A DNA stretch of 64,000 bases from Pseudomonadota bacterium (GTDB lineage: Bacteria; Pseudomonadota; Gammaproteobacteria; Burkholderiales; SG8-39), in assembly GCA_021811085.1 (NCBI GenBank), contig JAJZPQ010000001.1, forward strand, positions 81,428 through 145,427, written 5' to 3'. Shown piece after piece: positions 10,027 through 20,187 of this stretch. Numbering within the stretch: position 1 is the first letter of the stretch; each line of letters begins with the position of its first letter. A model generated the notes under the pieces. It had not been told where the DNA came from. It ran no database searches and was given only the letters and a program-made list of their open reading frames with translations. The translations under genes were made by a program, and so were the position numbers.

Positions 10027-10800
10027 ATGGATTTGGAACTCAAGGGCAAGGTCGCGATCGTCACCGGTGCTTCGCAGGGCATAGGCAAGGCCGCGGCCTT
10101 GCGTCTCGCCGCCGAAGGCGCGCGCGTAGTCATTGCCGCGCGCGGTCGGGAGTTGCTGGATCGCGTCGCGCAGGAGATACGCGCGGCCGGAGGCAGCGTC
10201 GCCGCGGTGCCGGCGGACGTGAGCCGCGCCGAGGATTGCGCCAGGCTGGTGGCGGAGGCGGTCAAAGCCTTCGGCCGGCTCGACATCCTCGTCAACAATG
10301 CCGGCACTTCGGCCACCGGCGCCTTCGAGTCGGTGACCGACGAACTGTGGCAGGCCGACTTCGAGCTCAAACTGTTTGCCGCGATACGGCTGGCGCGCCT
10401 GGCGCTGCCGCATATGAACCGGCAGGGCGGCGGACGCATCGTCAACATCACCAATATCGGCGCGAAGCAGCCGCGCGCAAAATCGATGCCGACAACGGTC
10501 ACGCGCGCCGCAGGACTCGCGTTTACCAAGGCGCTGTCGAAGGAGTTCGCGCCGCAGCAGATCCTGGTCAACAGCATCTGCATCGGCTCGGTGCGCGCCG
10601 GACAGCATGAAGCGAAAGCGGCCAAGGCCGGTGTCGCGCTGGAGCAGTACTACGCCAACCTGGCGAAGGACATCCCCTTGGGGCGCGTCGGCCGCGCGGA
10701 GGAGGTCGCGAACGCGATCGCCTTTCTCGCCTCGGGCGCGGCGAGCTTCATTACCGGCAGCAGCATCAATTTGGACGGCGGTGCGTCGGCGGTGCTGTAG
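10027..10800 (+). CDS. Short-chain dehydrogenase/reductase
   Basis: TGASQGIG, LVNNAG; atypical active site (TTVTR in place of YxxxK). Confidence 0.88.
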   Translation: MDLELKGKVAIVTGASQGIGKAAALRLAAEGARVVIAARGRELLDRVAQEIRAAGGSVAAVPADVSRAEDCARLVAEAVKAFGRLDILVNNAGTSATGAFESVTDELWQADFELKLFAAIRLARLALPHMNRQGGGRIVNITNIGAKQPRAKSMPTTVTRAAGLAFTKALSKEFAPQQILVNSICIGSVRAGQHEAKAAKAGVALEQYYANLAKDIPLGRVGRAEEVANAIAFLASGAASFITGSSINLDGGASAVL

Positions 10801-10832
10801 GGCGCGGACACTGTAATTTTGGGGAGCGGATT

Positions 10833-11600
10833 ATGAGCCAAGCATTCGATCTTTCCGGCAAAGTGGCGATCGTCACCGGCGGCAACGGCGGCATCGGCCT
10901 GGGCATGGCCACGGGGCTGGCGCAAGCCGGCGCGGCGCTGCTGATCGCCGGGCGCAATGCGGCCAAGAACGTGGCCGCCGTGAAAGCGCTGGAGGCGCTG
11001 GGGGCAAAAGCGTCTGCGGTTCAGGCAGACGTGACCGATCAGGCCGCATGCCGCATGCTCATCGAGGCCACACAGACGACCTACGGCCGCCTAGACATCC
11101 TTGTGAACAACGCGGGCACCAACATCCGCAAGCAGCCGCAGGAATACACGCTCGATGAATGGAAGTCCGTGCTCGACACCAACCTCACCAGCGCCTTCCT
11201 TTGCAGCCAGGCGGCCTACCCGGCGATGCTCACGGCGGGTGGTGGCAAGATCATCAACATCGGCTCCATGCTGTCGATATTCGGGGCCGCTTTCGCCGGA
11301 CCCTATGGCGCGAGCAAGGGCGGCATGGTGCAGCTGACCAAATCGCTCGCCTGCGCCTGGGCGAAAGACAATATCCAGGTGAACGCGGTGCTGCCGGGCT
11401 GGATCGACACCGATCTCACGCGCCGCGCGCGCCAGGACGTACCCGGCCTGCACGAGCGCGTGCTCGCGCGTACGCCGGCGGGCCGCTGGGGCGAGCCCGG
11501 CGATTTCGCCGGCATTGCGGTATTCCTCGCGAGCAGCGCGGCGGATTTCGTCACCGGCGCGGCGATCGCGGTCGACGGCGGATATTCTTCGCAAGGTTGA
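10833..11600 (+). CDS. Short-chain dehydrogenase/reductase (KduD-like)
   Basis: TGGNGGIG, LVNNAG, YGASK catalytic motif, DGGY. Confidence 0.9.
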   Translation: MSQAFDLSGKVAIVTGGNGGIGLGMATGLAQAGAALLIAGRNAAKNVAAVKALEALGAKASAVQADVTDQAACRMLIEATQTTYGRLDILVNNAGTNIRKQPQEYTLDEWKSVLDTNLTSAFLCSQAAYPAMLTAGGGKIINIGSMLSIFGAAFAGPYGASKGGMVQLTKSLACAWAKDNIQVNAVLPGWIDTDLTRRARQDVPGLHERVLARTPAGRWGEPGDFAGIAVFLASSAADFVTGAAIAVDGGYSSQG

Positions 11601-11669
11601 CGCGGCCGCGGGGGCGGCCGCAGGCCGATCCGGTTGCGTTTTGGTCCGGACGGGCCTAGAATTAGAACC

Positions 11670-12356
11670 ATGGTTCAAAATTCGAATTCGAGTTCAAACA
11701 AACCCGGCTCGGCGCGCGTGCGGCGCAAGAGCGAGGCGCGGCGCCTGGAAATCCTGCGCGCAGCGGCACGGGTATTCCGCCGCAGCGGCGTCGCCGCCGC
11801 GGGCATGCGCGATATCGCCGAAGAGGCGGACCTGTCGCCGGGCAATCTTTATTACTATTTCGCCGGCAAGGACGAACTGCTGTTCTTCTGCCAGGATCAG
11901 ACCGTAGACCGCATGCTGGAGGCGGCCGAGGCGGCACGCGCCTCGACCCTGCCCGTCGCGGACCAGCTGCGCGCCGTGATCCGCGCCCACCTGCACTACA
12001 CGCTGGAAGAACTCGAGGGCGCGACCGCCCACCTCGAAATCGATATGCTGGCGGAAGATCTGCGCCGGCCGCTGATCGAAAAGCGCGACAAATACGAGCA
12101 GGCGGTGCGCGCGCTGATTGCAAAAGGGATCAAGCGCGGTGAATTCGCGCCCTGCGATACTGCGCTGGTCGCGCGTGCCATACTCGGGGCGCTCAACTGG
12201 GCCTCGCGCTGGTACCGCCCCGACGGCAAGCAAAGCGTCAGCGCGATTGCGCAGGGGCTGGCCGATTACCTGGTGCGCGGCCTCGCCGGCCCGCCGAAAG
12301 CAAATCCGAATGCCAATACTGCGCCCGCGAGGGCGATATCCGGAGGTCAAACATGA
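11670..12356 (+). CDS. TetR family regulator (KstR2-like C-terminal domain)
   Basis: MRDIAEEADLSPGNLYYYFAGKDELL HTH; ILGALNWASRWYRPDG; start uncertain. Confidence 0.9.
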   Translation: MVQNSNSSSNKPGSARVRRKSEARRLEILRAAARVFRRSGVAAAGMRDIAEEADLSPGNLYYYFAGKDELLFFCQDQTVDRMLEAAEAARASTLPVADQLRAVIRAHLHYTLEELEGATAHLEIDMLAEDLRRPLIEKRDKYEQAVRALIAKGIKRGEFAPCDTALVARAILGALNWASRWYRPDGKQSVSAIAQGLADYLVRGLAGPPKANPNANTAPARAISGGQT

Positions 12357-12868
12357 ACACCGCGCTGCAGAAAGTCGATCAACGCAAGGCGCATATCACG
12401 CTGCGCGTGAACGGCGAGGAAGTCGAGGTTTCGTTCGCGCCGTACAAGACACTGCTCGAAGTGCTGCGCGAGGAACTCGATCTCACCGGCACCAAGCACG
12501 GCTGCGAACTGGGCGAATGCGGCGCCTGTGCGGTGCTGGTCGACGGCGAGCCGCTCTTGTCCTGCCTCAAGCTTGCGCTCGAGTGCGACGGCGCATCGAT
12601 CGAAACCGTCGAAGGCCTGGCCGAAGGTCCGGAATTGCATCCGCTGCAGGCTGCATTTTCCGACCACGGCGGCTCGCAGTGCGGCTACTGCACGCCGGGC
12701 GTGCTGATGACGGCGAAGGGGCTTCTCGACCGCGAGCCCAACCCCAGCCGCGAGCGCATCAAGGAGGCGCTGTCGGGGAATCTGTGCCGCTGCACCGGCT
12801 ATCAGCAGATCGTCGATTCGGTGGCCGATGCCGCCCGGACCCTGCGTGAACGGGGAGTAAAGGCATGA
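12353..12868 (+). CDS. hcrC: 2x[2Fe-2S] subunit of a 4-hydroxybenzoyl-CoA reductase-like molybdoenzyme
   Basis: GCELGECGAC and QCGYC...NLCRCTGY; C-A-B gene order. Confidence 0.75.
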   Translation: MNTALQKVDQRKAHITLRVNGEEVEVSFAPYKTLLEVLREELDLTGTKHGCELGECGACAVLVDGEPLLSCLKLALECDGASIETVEGLAEGPELHPLQAAFSDHGGSQCGYCTPGVLMTAKGLLDREPNPSRERIKEALSGNLCRCTGYQQIVDSVADAARTLRERGVKA

Positions 12869-15324
12869 GCACCGCGAAAAGACTCGATGTCATCGGCCAT
12901 GCGCGCAGGCGCGTAGACGGCCGCGAGAAGGTCACCGGCCAATTGCGCTATGCCGACGACATGAAGCTGCCGCGCATGCTGCACATGAAGCTGCTGCGCT
13001 CCTCCCATCCGCATGCGCTGATCGAAGCCATCGACACCGCGCGTGCGCAAGCCTATCCGGGCGTGCACTTGGTGCTGACGGGCAAGGATTTTCCGGTGCC
13101 TTTCGGCATCATGCCGGTGGCGCAGGACGAATACCCGCTCGCGCCGGAGCATGTGCGCTATGTCGGCGATCCGCTCGCGGCAGTGGTGGCGACGGACGAA
13201 CAGACCGCGAGCGCCGCGCTGCAATTGATCGAAGTGAAATACAAGCCCCTGCCCACGATTGCGACGCCCGAGGAGGCGCTGGCGCAGCCCGAGGTGCGCA
13301 TCCACGACTATACCGACGTGGGCAATATCCACCGCAACCAGGCGTTCGAGTTCGGCGACGTGGAGGAGGCGCTCAGCAAATCGGACCACGTATTCGAAGA
13401 CCTGTTCTTCTACGAGGGCGACAACCACATGGCGATGGAACAGCATGCTTCGCTTGCGCGCGCCGAGGGCGAGGGCAAGCTCACGCTGTGGTCGAGCACC
13501 CAGGATCCGCACTACCTGCATCGCCAGCTGGCGCGCGTGCTGCAAATGCCGGCGGCGCATATACGCGTCATCGCCTGCGACAACGGCGGCGGCTTCGGCG
13601 GCAAGTGCGATCCGGCTGGGCATGAATTCGTGGTGTCCAAGGCTGCACTGATGCTGGGCCGGCCGGTGAAGATCTGCCTTACGCGCGAGGAAGTGTTTTA
13701 CCTGCATCGCGGCCGGCATCCGGTGCTGATGAAATTCCGCACCGGCGTCACCAAGGACGGCAAGCTCACCGGCATGCACCTGCAGACCCTGCTCGACGGC
13801 GGCGCCTACGGTTCGCACGGACCGGCGAGCACGTTCTACACCGGCGTGCTGACGCCGCTCACCTACGAGCTGCCGCGCTTCAAGTTCGACGCCTGCCGCG
13901 TGTTTACGAACAAGCCCGCCTGCGGACCCAAGCGCGGCCACGGCACGCCGCAGCCGCGCTTCGGCCAGGAAGTACAGCTCGACAAGATCGCGGAAATGCT
14001 GAAGCGCGATCCGGCCGAGCTGCGGCTCAATATGGTGACCCAGGCGAATTCGCTTACCGCGAGCTGGCTCAAGATCGGCAGCAACGGCCTCGCCGAATGC
14101 ATCCGCCAGGTGGTCGCGGGCTCGGGCTGGAAGCAAAAGCACGGCAAGCTGCCGCAGGGCCGCGGCGTCGGCATCGCCTGCGGCTCGTATATGTGCGGCG
14201 CGGGCGTTTCGATCTACTGGAACAAGATGCCGCACTCGGGCGTGCAGCTCGCGCTCGATCGCAGCGGCCAGGTGACGGTGTTCTGCGGCGCGACCGAGAT
14301 CGGCCAGGGCTCGGACGACGTGCTCGCCGCAATCGTGGCGGAAACGCTGGGCATCAGCACCAAGGAGGTGCGCTGCATCACCGGCGATACCGGGATCACG
14401 CCGATCGACCTGGGCTCCTACTCCAGCCGCGTCACGATCATGATGGGCAACGCCGCGCTGCAGGCGGCAGGGCGTGCGCGCGACATGATCGTCACAGCGG
14501 TGGCCGAACAACTCGAGGTGCTGCCCGAGAGCGTCGTGCTCTCGCGCGGGCGCGTGTTCGCTGCCGGCGATGCGGCGAAGAGCATGAGCTTTGCCGAGGC
14601 GGTGGTGTATGCCGAATCCAAGTTCGGCACCCTGGGCACGGTGGGCTCCTACACGCCGCCCAAGCCGCCGGGGAAATTCAAGGCCGCGGGCGTAGGGCCG
14701 TCGCCCGCATATTCCTTCAGTGCCTGCGTGGTCGAGGTCGAAGTCGATGAGCATACCGGCTGGATCAACGTGCCCAAGGTGTGGATCGCGCATGACATCG
14801 GCCGCGCGCTCAATCCGGTGCTCGCGCGCGGACAGGTCATAGGCGGGGTCTACATGGGACTGGGCGAGGCGCTGATGGAAGAGCAGGTGTTCCGGCGGCT
14901 GCCGCCCAAGCTCTCCAGCGCGCTGGTGCACAAGATTCCTTCGCTTTTGGAATACAAGAGCATTACTTCGCTCGACATGCCCGAGGTCGAGGTCATGCTG
15001 GTCGAGGACCCGGATCCCAACTGCCCGTTCGGCGCGAAGGAGGTCGGCCAGGGGCCGCTATTGCCGGTGATGCCGGCGGTGGCCAACGCGATTTTCGACG
15101 CGGTCGGCGTGCGCATCGACGAAGTGCCGCTCACGCCGGAAAAAGTGCTGCGCGCGCTGCACCTGAAGCGCGAAGGCAAGAACCCGCGCGTGGGTCCGGA
15201 GCGGTTCCCCGACGTGCCCTATCCCGAGCCCACGTTCGTGCTGCCGCCCGGAGAAGGCGGCGACGGCAACGAAAGCAAAATGGCGAAGCGGGCGGACAGA
15301 GTCATGGAAAGGAGCGCATCATGA
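12865..15324 (+). CDS. hcrA: Molybdopterin-binding subunit, xanthine oxidase family (HcrA-like)
   Basis: GGGFGGK, RGHGTPQ, EIGQGS, GAKEVGQG motifs. Confidence 0.75.
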   Translation: MSTAKRLDVIGHARRRVDGREKVTGQLRYADDMKLPRMLHMKLLRSSHPHALIEAIDTARAQAYPGVHLVLTGKDFPVPFGIMPVAQDEYPLAPEHVRYVGDPLAAVVATDEQTASAALQLIEVKYKPLPTIATPEEALAQPEVRIHDYTDVGNIHRNQAFEFGDVEEALSKSDHVFEDLFFYEGDNHMAMEQHASLARAEGEGKLTLWSSTQDPHYLHRQLARVLQMPAAHIRVIACDNGGGFGGKCDPAGHEFVVSKAALMLGRPVKICLTREEVFYLHRGRHPVLMKFRTGVTKDGKLTGMHLQTLLDGGAYGSHGPASTFYTGVLTPLTYELPRFKFDACRVFTNKPACGPKRGHGTPQPRFGQEVQLDKIAEMLKRDPAELRLNMVTQANSLTASWLKIGSNGLAECIRQVVAGSGWKQKHGKLPQGRGVGIACGSYMCGAGVSIYWNKMPHSGVQLALDRSGQVTVFCGATEIGQGSDDVLAAIVAETLGISTKEVRCITGDTGITPIDLGSYSSRVTIMMGNAALQAAGRARDMIVTAVAEQLEVLPESVVLSRGRVFAAGDAAKSMSFAEAVVYAESKFGTLGTVGSYTPPKPPGKFKAAGVGPSPAYSFSACVVEVEVDEHTGWINVPKVWIAHDIGRALNPVLARGQVIGGVYMGLGEALMEEQVFRRLPPKLSSALVHKIPSLLEYKSITSLDMPEVEVMLVEDPDPNCPFGAKEVGQGPLLPVMPAVANAIFDAVGVRIDEVPLTPEKVLRALHLKREGKNPRVGPERFPDVPYPEPTFVLPPGEGGDGNESKMAKRADRVMERSAS

Positions 15325-16343
15325 TGCGCCTGCCGTGGTTCCAATATCAACGGCCCGCGAGCGTGGCCGAAGCCGCGCGCATGCTCGCGGCTGAAGGCCC
15401 GCGCGGCATGCTGATCGCGGGCGGCACCGACCTGTTGCCCAACATGAAGCGCCGGCAGCAGACGCCGGCGACCTTGATTTCGCTATCCCGGGTCGAGGGC
15501 TTGAAGAAAATAACGAACGGCTCCGGCCTCACGCTCGGCGCCGGGCTGACGCTGACCGAAGTCGTGGGCACGGGTGCCGTGCGCGAAAAATATCGCGGCC
15601 TGTGGCAGGCGGCGGCGCAGGTGGCCTCGCCGCATTTGCGCAACATGGGCACGCTGGGCGGCAACCTGTGCCTCGATACGCGCTGCAACTACTACAACCA
15701 GAACGAGGAGTGGCGCGAGGCCATAGGCTATTGCATGAAAAAGGAAGGCAAGACCTGCTGGGTCGCCACCGCGAGCAAGCGCTGTCTTGCGGTGTCCTCG
15801 ACCGACACGGCGCCGGCCTTGATCGCCTTGGATGCGAAGGTGCGCCTGGTGTCGGCGGCTGGCGAGCGCGAGCTCGCGCTCGCCAGCCTGTACAACAACG
15901 ACGGCATCAACTACATCACGCGCAAACCCGACGAAATCCTGACCGAAGTCGTGCTGCCGCAACTGGACGGCTGGAGCAGCACCTACTGGAAGCTGCGCCG
16001 GCGCGGTTCCTTCGACTTCCCGCTGCTCGGCGTTGCGGCGGCGGCGCGCATGGCGCCCGACGGCAGCGTGCTCGAGGCGCGCGTGGTGCTCGGCGCTGTG
16101 TCCTCGCAGCCGCTGCCGCTGGCCAAGGCGAGCGAGTTCCTCGTCGGCAAGAAATTGAACGACGAGGTCATCGCCGAAGCCGGAGTCTTGGCCGCGTCCA
16201 GGGCGAAGCCGATGGACAACACCGACCTCGATGTCTATTGGCGCAAGGAAGTCGTGCCCAGTTTCGTCGGCTATGCGCTGCGCGAAATCCGCGGCGACGA
16301 CATGCGCGCGATGCGCATGCGCATTTCGCGGCAGGCGTTGTAA
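15321..16343 (+). CDS. hcrB: FAD subunit with [4Fe-4S] insertion (HcrB-like)
   Basis: AGGTDLLPNMK; insertion RCNYYNQNEEWR..YC..C..RC with four Cys, typical of HcrB. Confidence 0.8.
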   Translation: MMRLPWFQYQRPASVAEAARMLAAEGPRGMLIAGGTDLLPNMKRRQQTPATLISLSRVEGLKKITNGSGLTLGAGLTLTEVVGTGAVREKYRGLWQAAAQVASPHLRNMGTLGGNLCLDTRCNYYNQNEEWREAIGYCMKKEGKTCWVATASKRCLAVSSTDTAPALIALDAKVRLVSAAGERELALASLYNNDGINYITRKPDEILTEVVLPQLDGWSSTYWKLRRRGSFDFPLLGVAAAARMAPDGSVLEARVVLGAVSSQPLPLAKASEFLVGKKLNDEVIAEAGVLAASRAKPMDNTDLDVYWRKEVVPSFVGYALREIRGDDMRAMRMRISRQAL

Positions 16344-16390
16344 GCTTCGCGCGCATCCGCGCCGATGCGGCGCGGATGCTGCCCTGCCTT

Positions 16391-18313
16391 ATGCGCATCG
16401 AACCCGCCGCGCTTGCATTTGACATTGACGGAACGCCGTACTCGCCGGTCTACGGCGATGTGTACCACAGCGCGCAATCCGGCCCGGCACAGGCGCAGCA
16501 CGTGTTCCTCGACGGCAACGATCTGCCGCGCAGGTGGGCGCATGCGCGCGTGTTTACCATACTCGAGACCGGATTCGGCCTGGGGCTGAATTTCCTCGCG
16601 ACCTGGAGGCAATGGCGCGACGACCCCGCGCGTTGCGCCCGGCTGCACTACGTGTCCGTCGAAAAGCATCCGTTCGCGCGCGCTGCGCTGGAACAGCTGC
16701 ATGCGCGCTATCCCGAATTCGCGCCGCTGGCGCGGCAGCTGCAGGACGTTTGGCCGCCGCTCGTGGGTGGTATGCACCGCCTGCATTTCGAGCACGAGCG
16801 GCTCACGCTGACGCTGGCATTCGCCGACGTGGCCGAGGCTGTGCCGCGGCTGCGCCTGCGCGCCGATGCGATTTACCTGGACGGTTTCGCGCCGCGGCTG
16901 AATCAGGACATGTGGTCGCCGCGACTGCTGCAGCGCCTGGCGCGGCTCGCGCACCCCGGCGCCACGATCGCGACCTACTCCAGCGCGGCGCTGGTGCGCG
17001 ACGGGCTGCAGGCGGCCGGCTTCGCCGTCGAAAAATGTGCGGGATTCGGGCGCAAGCGCGACATGCTGCGCGGCAGCCATGCGCCGCGGCGGCCGCAGCC
17101 TGCGGCGAGCGCGCCCGGCAGTCGGCATGCCGTCGTGATCGGCGCGGGTATCGCTGGCGCCGCGGTCAGCGAACGCCTGGTGCGGCGCGGCTGGAACATC
17201 GACTTGATCGAGGCTCGCGCGCTGCCTCCGACGCAGGCGCCGGCGCGGTACGCGGGCGTGTTTCATCCACATATTTCGCGCGACGACTGCATCCTGTCGC
17301 GTGCGTCGCGCAATGGCTACCTCTATGCGCTCAGACACTGGCTCGCGCTCGCGCAGTCGGGCGAGACGCTCGACTGGTCGCGCTGCGGCGTGCTGCAGCT
17401 CCTGGGCGAGGCCGAACGCAAAGAGCGCATGATCGCGGCCATTGCGGCACAGGGTTTTCCGGCAGAGTTTGCGCGCTACCTGGAACGCGGCGCAGCCGAA
17501 GCGCTCGCGGGCTGCGCCCTGGCCGGGGGCGGCTGCTGGTTTCCCGGCGGCGGCTGGATGCGTCCCATGAGCCTGGTCGCCGCGCAGTTCGCGGCAGCCG
17601 GTGCGGCGCTGCGCGCGCATTTCGGCCTCAGGGTGGAGCGCATCGCGCGCAGCGGCGAGTTGTGGCAGGCGCTGGCCGCGGACGGCAGACTCATTGCCGC
17701 CGCACCGGTGCTGGTGCTCGCCAATTCGAACGACATGACGCGGCTGGCTCCGGTGGCGCAGCCACTGCAGCAGATCCGCGGGCAGATCAGTTATGTGCCC
17801 GCTGCGAGCCTAGCGGCACCGCGCATCGTACTGGCCGGCGCAGGCTACGTGCTGCCGGCTTTCGACGGGATGGTGGTAAGCGGCAGCACCTATGACCGCG
17901 GCAACGACGACCCCGAGCCGCAGCTGCAGGGGCATGCGTCCAATCTCGCGCGCCTGGCGCAATTGCTGCCGCAGGCGCGGATCGCGGCCGATGCGGCGCA
18001 GATCGAGGGCGCGGTGGGTTTTCGCTGCGCGGCGCCGGACCACCTGCCGCTGGTGGGCGCGCTGCCGGACGTGGCAGCCGCAGCCGGGCGCAAGCTTAGT
18101 CTCGGCGGCGTGCAGCTCGCCGAATTGCCCCGGCGCGACGGTCTGTATTGCGCCACGGCTTATGCTTCGCGCGGGCTGGTCTGGGCGGCGCTCGCGGGCG
18201 AATTGCTTGCGAGCCAGATCGAAAACGAACCGCTGCCGCTAGAGGGCGACCTGGCCGATGCGCTGGATCCCGGGCGCTTTGTGATGAAACAAGCGCGGCG
18301 CGGAACTCTGTAA
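16391..18313 (+). CDS. mnmC: Bifunctional tRNA mnm5s2U34 biosynthesis protein
   Basis: YGDVYHS, ETGFGLGLNF, YLDGFAP..N.DMW, GFGRKRDML, then FAD oxidase GAGIAG and SRGLVWA. Confidence 0.93.
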   Translation: MRIEPAALAFDIDGTPYSPVYGDVYHSAQSGPAQAQHVFLDGNDLPRRWAHARVFTILETGFGLGLNFLATWRQWRDDPARCARLHYVSVEKHPFARAALEQLHARYPEFAPLARQLQDVWPPLVGGMHRLHFEHERLTLTLAFADVAEAVPRLRLRADAIYLDGFAPRLNQDMWSPRLLQRLARLAHPGATIATYSSAALVRDGLQAAGFAVEKCAGFGRKRDMLRGSHAPRRPQPAASAPGSRHAVVIGAGIAGAAVSERLVRRGWNIDLIEARALPPTQAPARYAGVFHPHISRDDCILSRASRNGYLYALRHWLALAQSGETLDWSRCGVLQLLGEAERKERMIAAIAAQGFPAEFARYLERGAAEALAGCALAGGGCWFPGGGWMRPMSLVAAQFAAAGAALRAHFGLRVERIARSGELWQALAADGRLIAAAPVLVLANSNDMTRLAPVAQPLQQIRGQISYVPAASLAAPRIVLAGAGYVLPAFDGMVVSGSTYDRGNDDPEPQLQGHASNLARLAQLLPQARIAADAAQIEGAVGFRCAAPDHLPLVGALPDVAAAAGRKLSLGGVQLAELPRRDGLYCATAYASRGLVWAALAGELLASQIENEPLPLEGDLADALDPGRFVMKQARRGTL

Positions 18314-18319
18314 TTTGAT

Positions 18320-19066
18320 TCAGCGTCCGCCCGAGAGGGTGAGTATGCTGCCTATCATGTAGGCGGCCTCGCCCGAGAGCAGCCACAGAATCGCCTCGGC
18401 GCATTCTTCCGCGGTGCCGAGGCGGCCCATCGGTACGGTAGGCGCTATTTTCTGCAGCCGCTCGCCTATGCCCGCCTCGGCGTGGATCTCCGTATCGATG
18501 AGCCCGGGACTGATGCCGTTCACGCGTATGCCTTCGGCCGCGACCTCTTTCGCCAGGCCGATGGTGAAGCTGTTGATCGCGCCCTTCGCCGCGGCATAGG
18601 GAATCCACTGATTGGCCCCGCCCAGGGTCGCGGCGAGCGAGGATACGTTGACGATGGCGCCGCCGGCGCCGCCGTTCTTGGTCGACATGCGCCGCACCGC
18701 CTGCTGCGCGCAGAACATCGCACCGGCCACATTCACTTCGAGCACGCGCCGAATCGCCGCCGCATTGAAGCTGTCCAGGCGCCCGGCACGCCCGGTGATG
18801 CCGGCGTTGTTGACGAGCGCGCTGACCGGCCCGAGCTCCAGATCGACGCGCTCGAACAGCCGGATGACCTCGTCCTCGTTCGCTGTATCGGCCTGCACCA
18901 TGATCGCCTTGCCGCCGCCCGCGCGGATTTCGGCCACGACGGCATCGGCACGCGCCTCGTTCTTCAGGTAATTCACGCACACGGCGTAGCCGCGGTGCGC
19001 CGCGAGCCTGGCTGCGGCCGCGCCTATGCCGCGCCCGGAACCGGTGACGATCGCTACGCCAGACAT
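18320..19066 (-). CDS. Short-chain dehydrogenase/reductase
   Basis: TGSGRGIG, LVNNAG, YAAAK. Confidence 0.9.
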   Translation of the reverse strand: MSGVAIVTGSGRGIGAAAARLAAHRGYAVCVNYLKNEARADAVVAEIRAGGGKAIMVQADTANEDEVIRLFERVDLELGPVSALVNNAGITGRAGRLDSFNAAAIRRVLEVNVAGAMFCAQQAVRRMSTKNGGAGGAIVNVSSLAATLGGANQWIPYAAAKGAINSFTIGLAKEVAAEGIRVNGISPGLIDTEIHAEAGIGERLQKIAPTVPMGRLGTAEECAEAILWLLSGEAAYMIGSILTLSGGR

Positions 19067-19099
19067 GGTATTTCCCCCGCGTTTGAATTGATTTCGGGC

Positions 19100-19291
19100 A
19101 TGCTAGCACTCGCGCGTGCGCATCGCGTCGCCGCGAAAATCGAAGTCGGCATCAGCTGGGTCAATTGCTGGTTCCTGCGCGACCTGCGCACCCCGTTCGG
19201 CGGCTCCAAGCAGTCGGGCATCGGCCGCGAGGGCGGCGTGCACTCGCTCGAGTTCTATACCGAGTTGCGCAACGTCTGCGTGAAACTGTAG
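19100..19291 (+). pseudogene. 3' remnant of an aldehyde dehydrogenase (2-hydroxymuconic semialdehyde dehydrogenase-like)
   Basis: AHRVAAKIEVGISWVNCWFLRDLRTPFGGSKQSGIGREGG..SLEFYTELRNVCVKL* is an ALDH C-terminus; the upstream catalytic part is absent. Confidence 0.8.
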
Positions 19292-19412
19292 CGGTCATAC
19301 TAAATGAGGGGATATCCCCTACGGGGACTTCCTTCGGGGCGTCTCCCCTCATACTCCCCTAAGTCAGGGGCCATTTCGGTAATTCTGAAATGGCCTCTTA
19401 GTGACGGTCTTG
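19292..19412. repeat. Multi-hairpin intergenic element
   Basis: ATGAGGGGA...TCCCCTCAT and GGCCATTTC...GAAATGGCC inverted repeats between two broken genes. Confidence 0.5.
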
Positions 19413-20017
19413 CGGCGCCGCTCGCGCGCTATAACGTGGCGCCCGCGACCGATCAGCTGGTGATCCTCGAGGAGGGCGGGCGCAGGGTGGCGCGCTGGCT
19501 GCATTGGGGGCTGGTTCCGCATTGGGCCAAGGACAAGGCGATAGGCTACAAGACCATCAATGCGCGCGGCGAGAGCGTCGCGGCGAAGCCGGCTTTCCGC
19601 GCGGCTTTGCGGCAGCGCCGCTGCCTGGTCCCGGCGACCGGCTTCTACGAATGGAAAGCGCTCGCGGGGCGCAAGCAGCCCTACCTGATCCGGCTCAAAA
19701 GCGGCGCGCTGTTCGCGTTCGCCGGGCTGTGGGAATCCTGGACCGGGCCCGAGGGCGAGCTGCGCTCCTACACCATCATCACCACCGCGCCGAACGAGCT
19801 GATGGCGCGCATCCACGAGCGCATGCCGGCGATCATCGCGCGCGAACACTATGCGCGCTGGCTCGACCCGGCACTGCGCGACCCGGCGCAGGCGCAGGCG
19901 ATGATCGCGAGCTACCCGGCGGGCGAGATGCAGGCGCTGCCGCTGGGCAGCGCAATCAACAACGCGCGCAACCAGGGCGCCAGCCTGATCGAGCCGGTGG
20001 GCGAACCTTTGGTCTGA
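19413..20017 (+). pseudogene. SOS response-associated peptidase (SRAP/YedK), N-terminus missing
   Basis: RYNVAP, RWLHWGLVPHWAKD, INARGE, RRCLVPATGFYEWK, IHERMP all present; the conserved MCGR N-terminus is absent in all frames upstream. Confidence 0.75.
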
Positions 20018-20187
20018 TGCCTCGGGACGGCGTGAATTCGTTCCTATGCCAAACCGGGATGGCAAAGGTTAGAATGGCAGCATGAGGGGCGGCGGGAGGG
20101 CGCCGCGCGATGCCGGCGCTGTGCCGACAGGGATACAAAAAATACAAGGGACAAAGGGGAATCGGCTTGGCGGAGCAAACCTTTGAA

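Noticed and set aside
15602-16390. Long N-terminal extension of mnmC in the ORF track
   Set aside because: It is an alternative frame overlapping hcrB; MnmC homology starts near 16391
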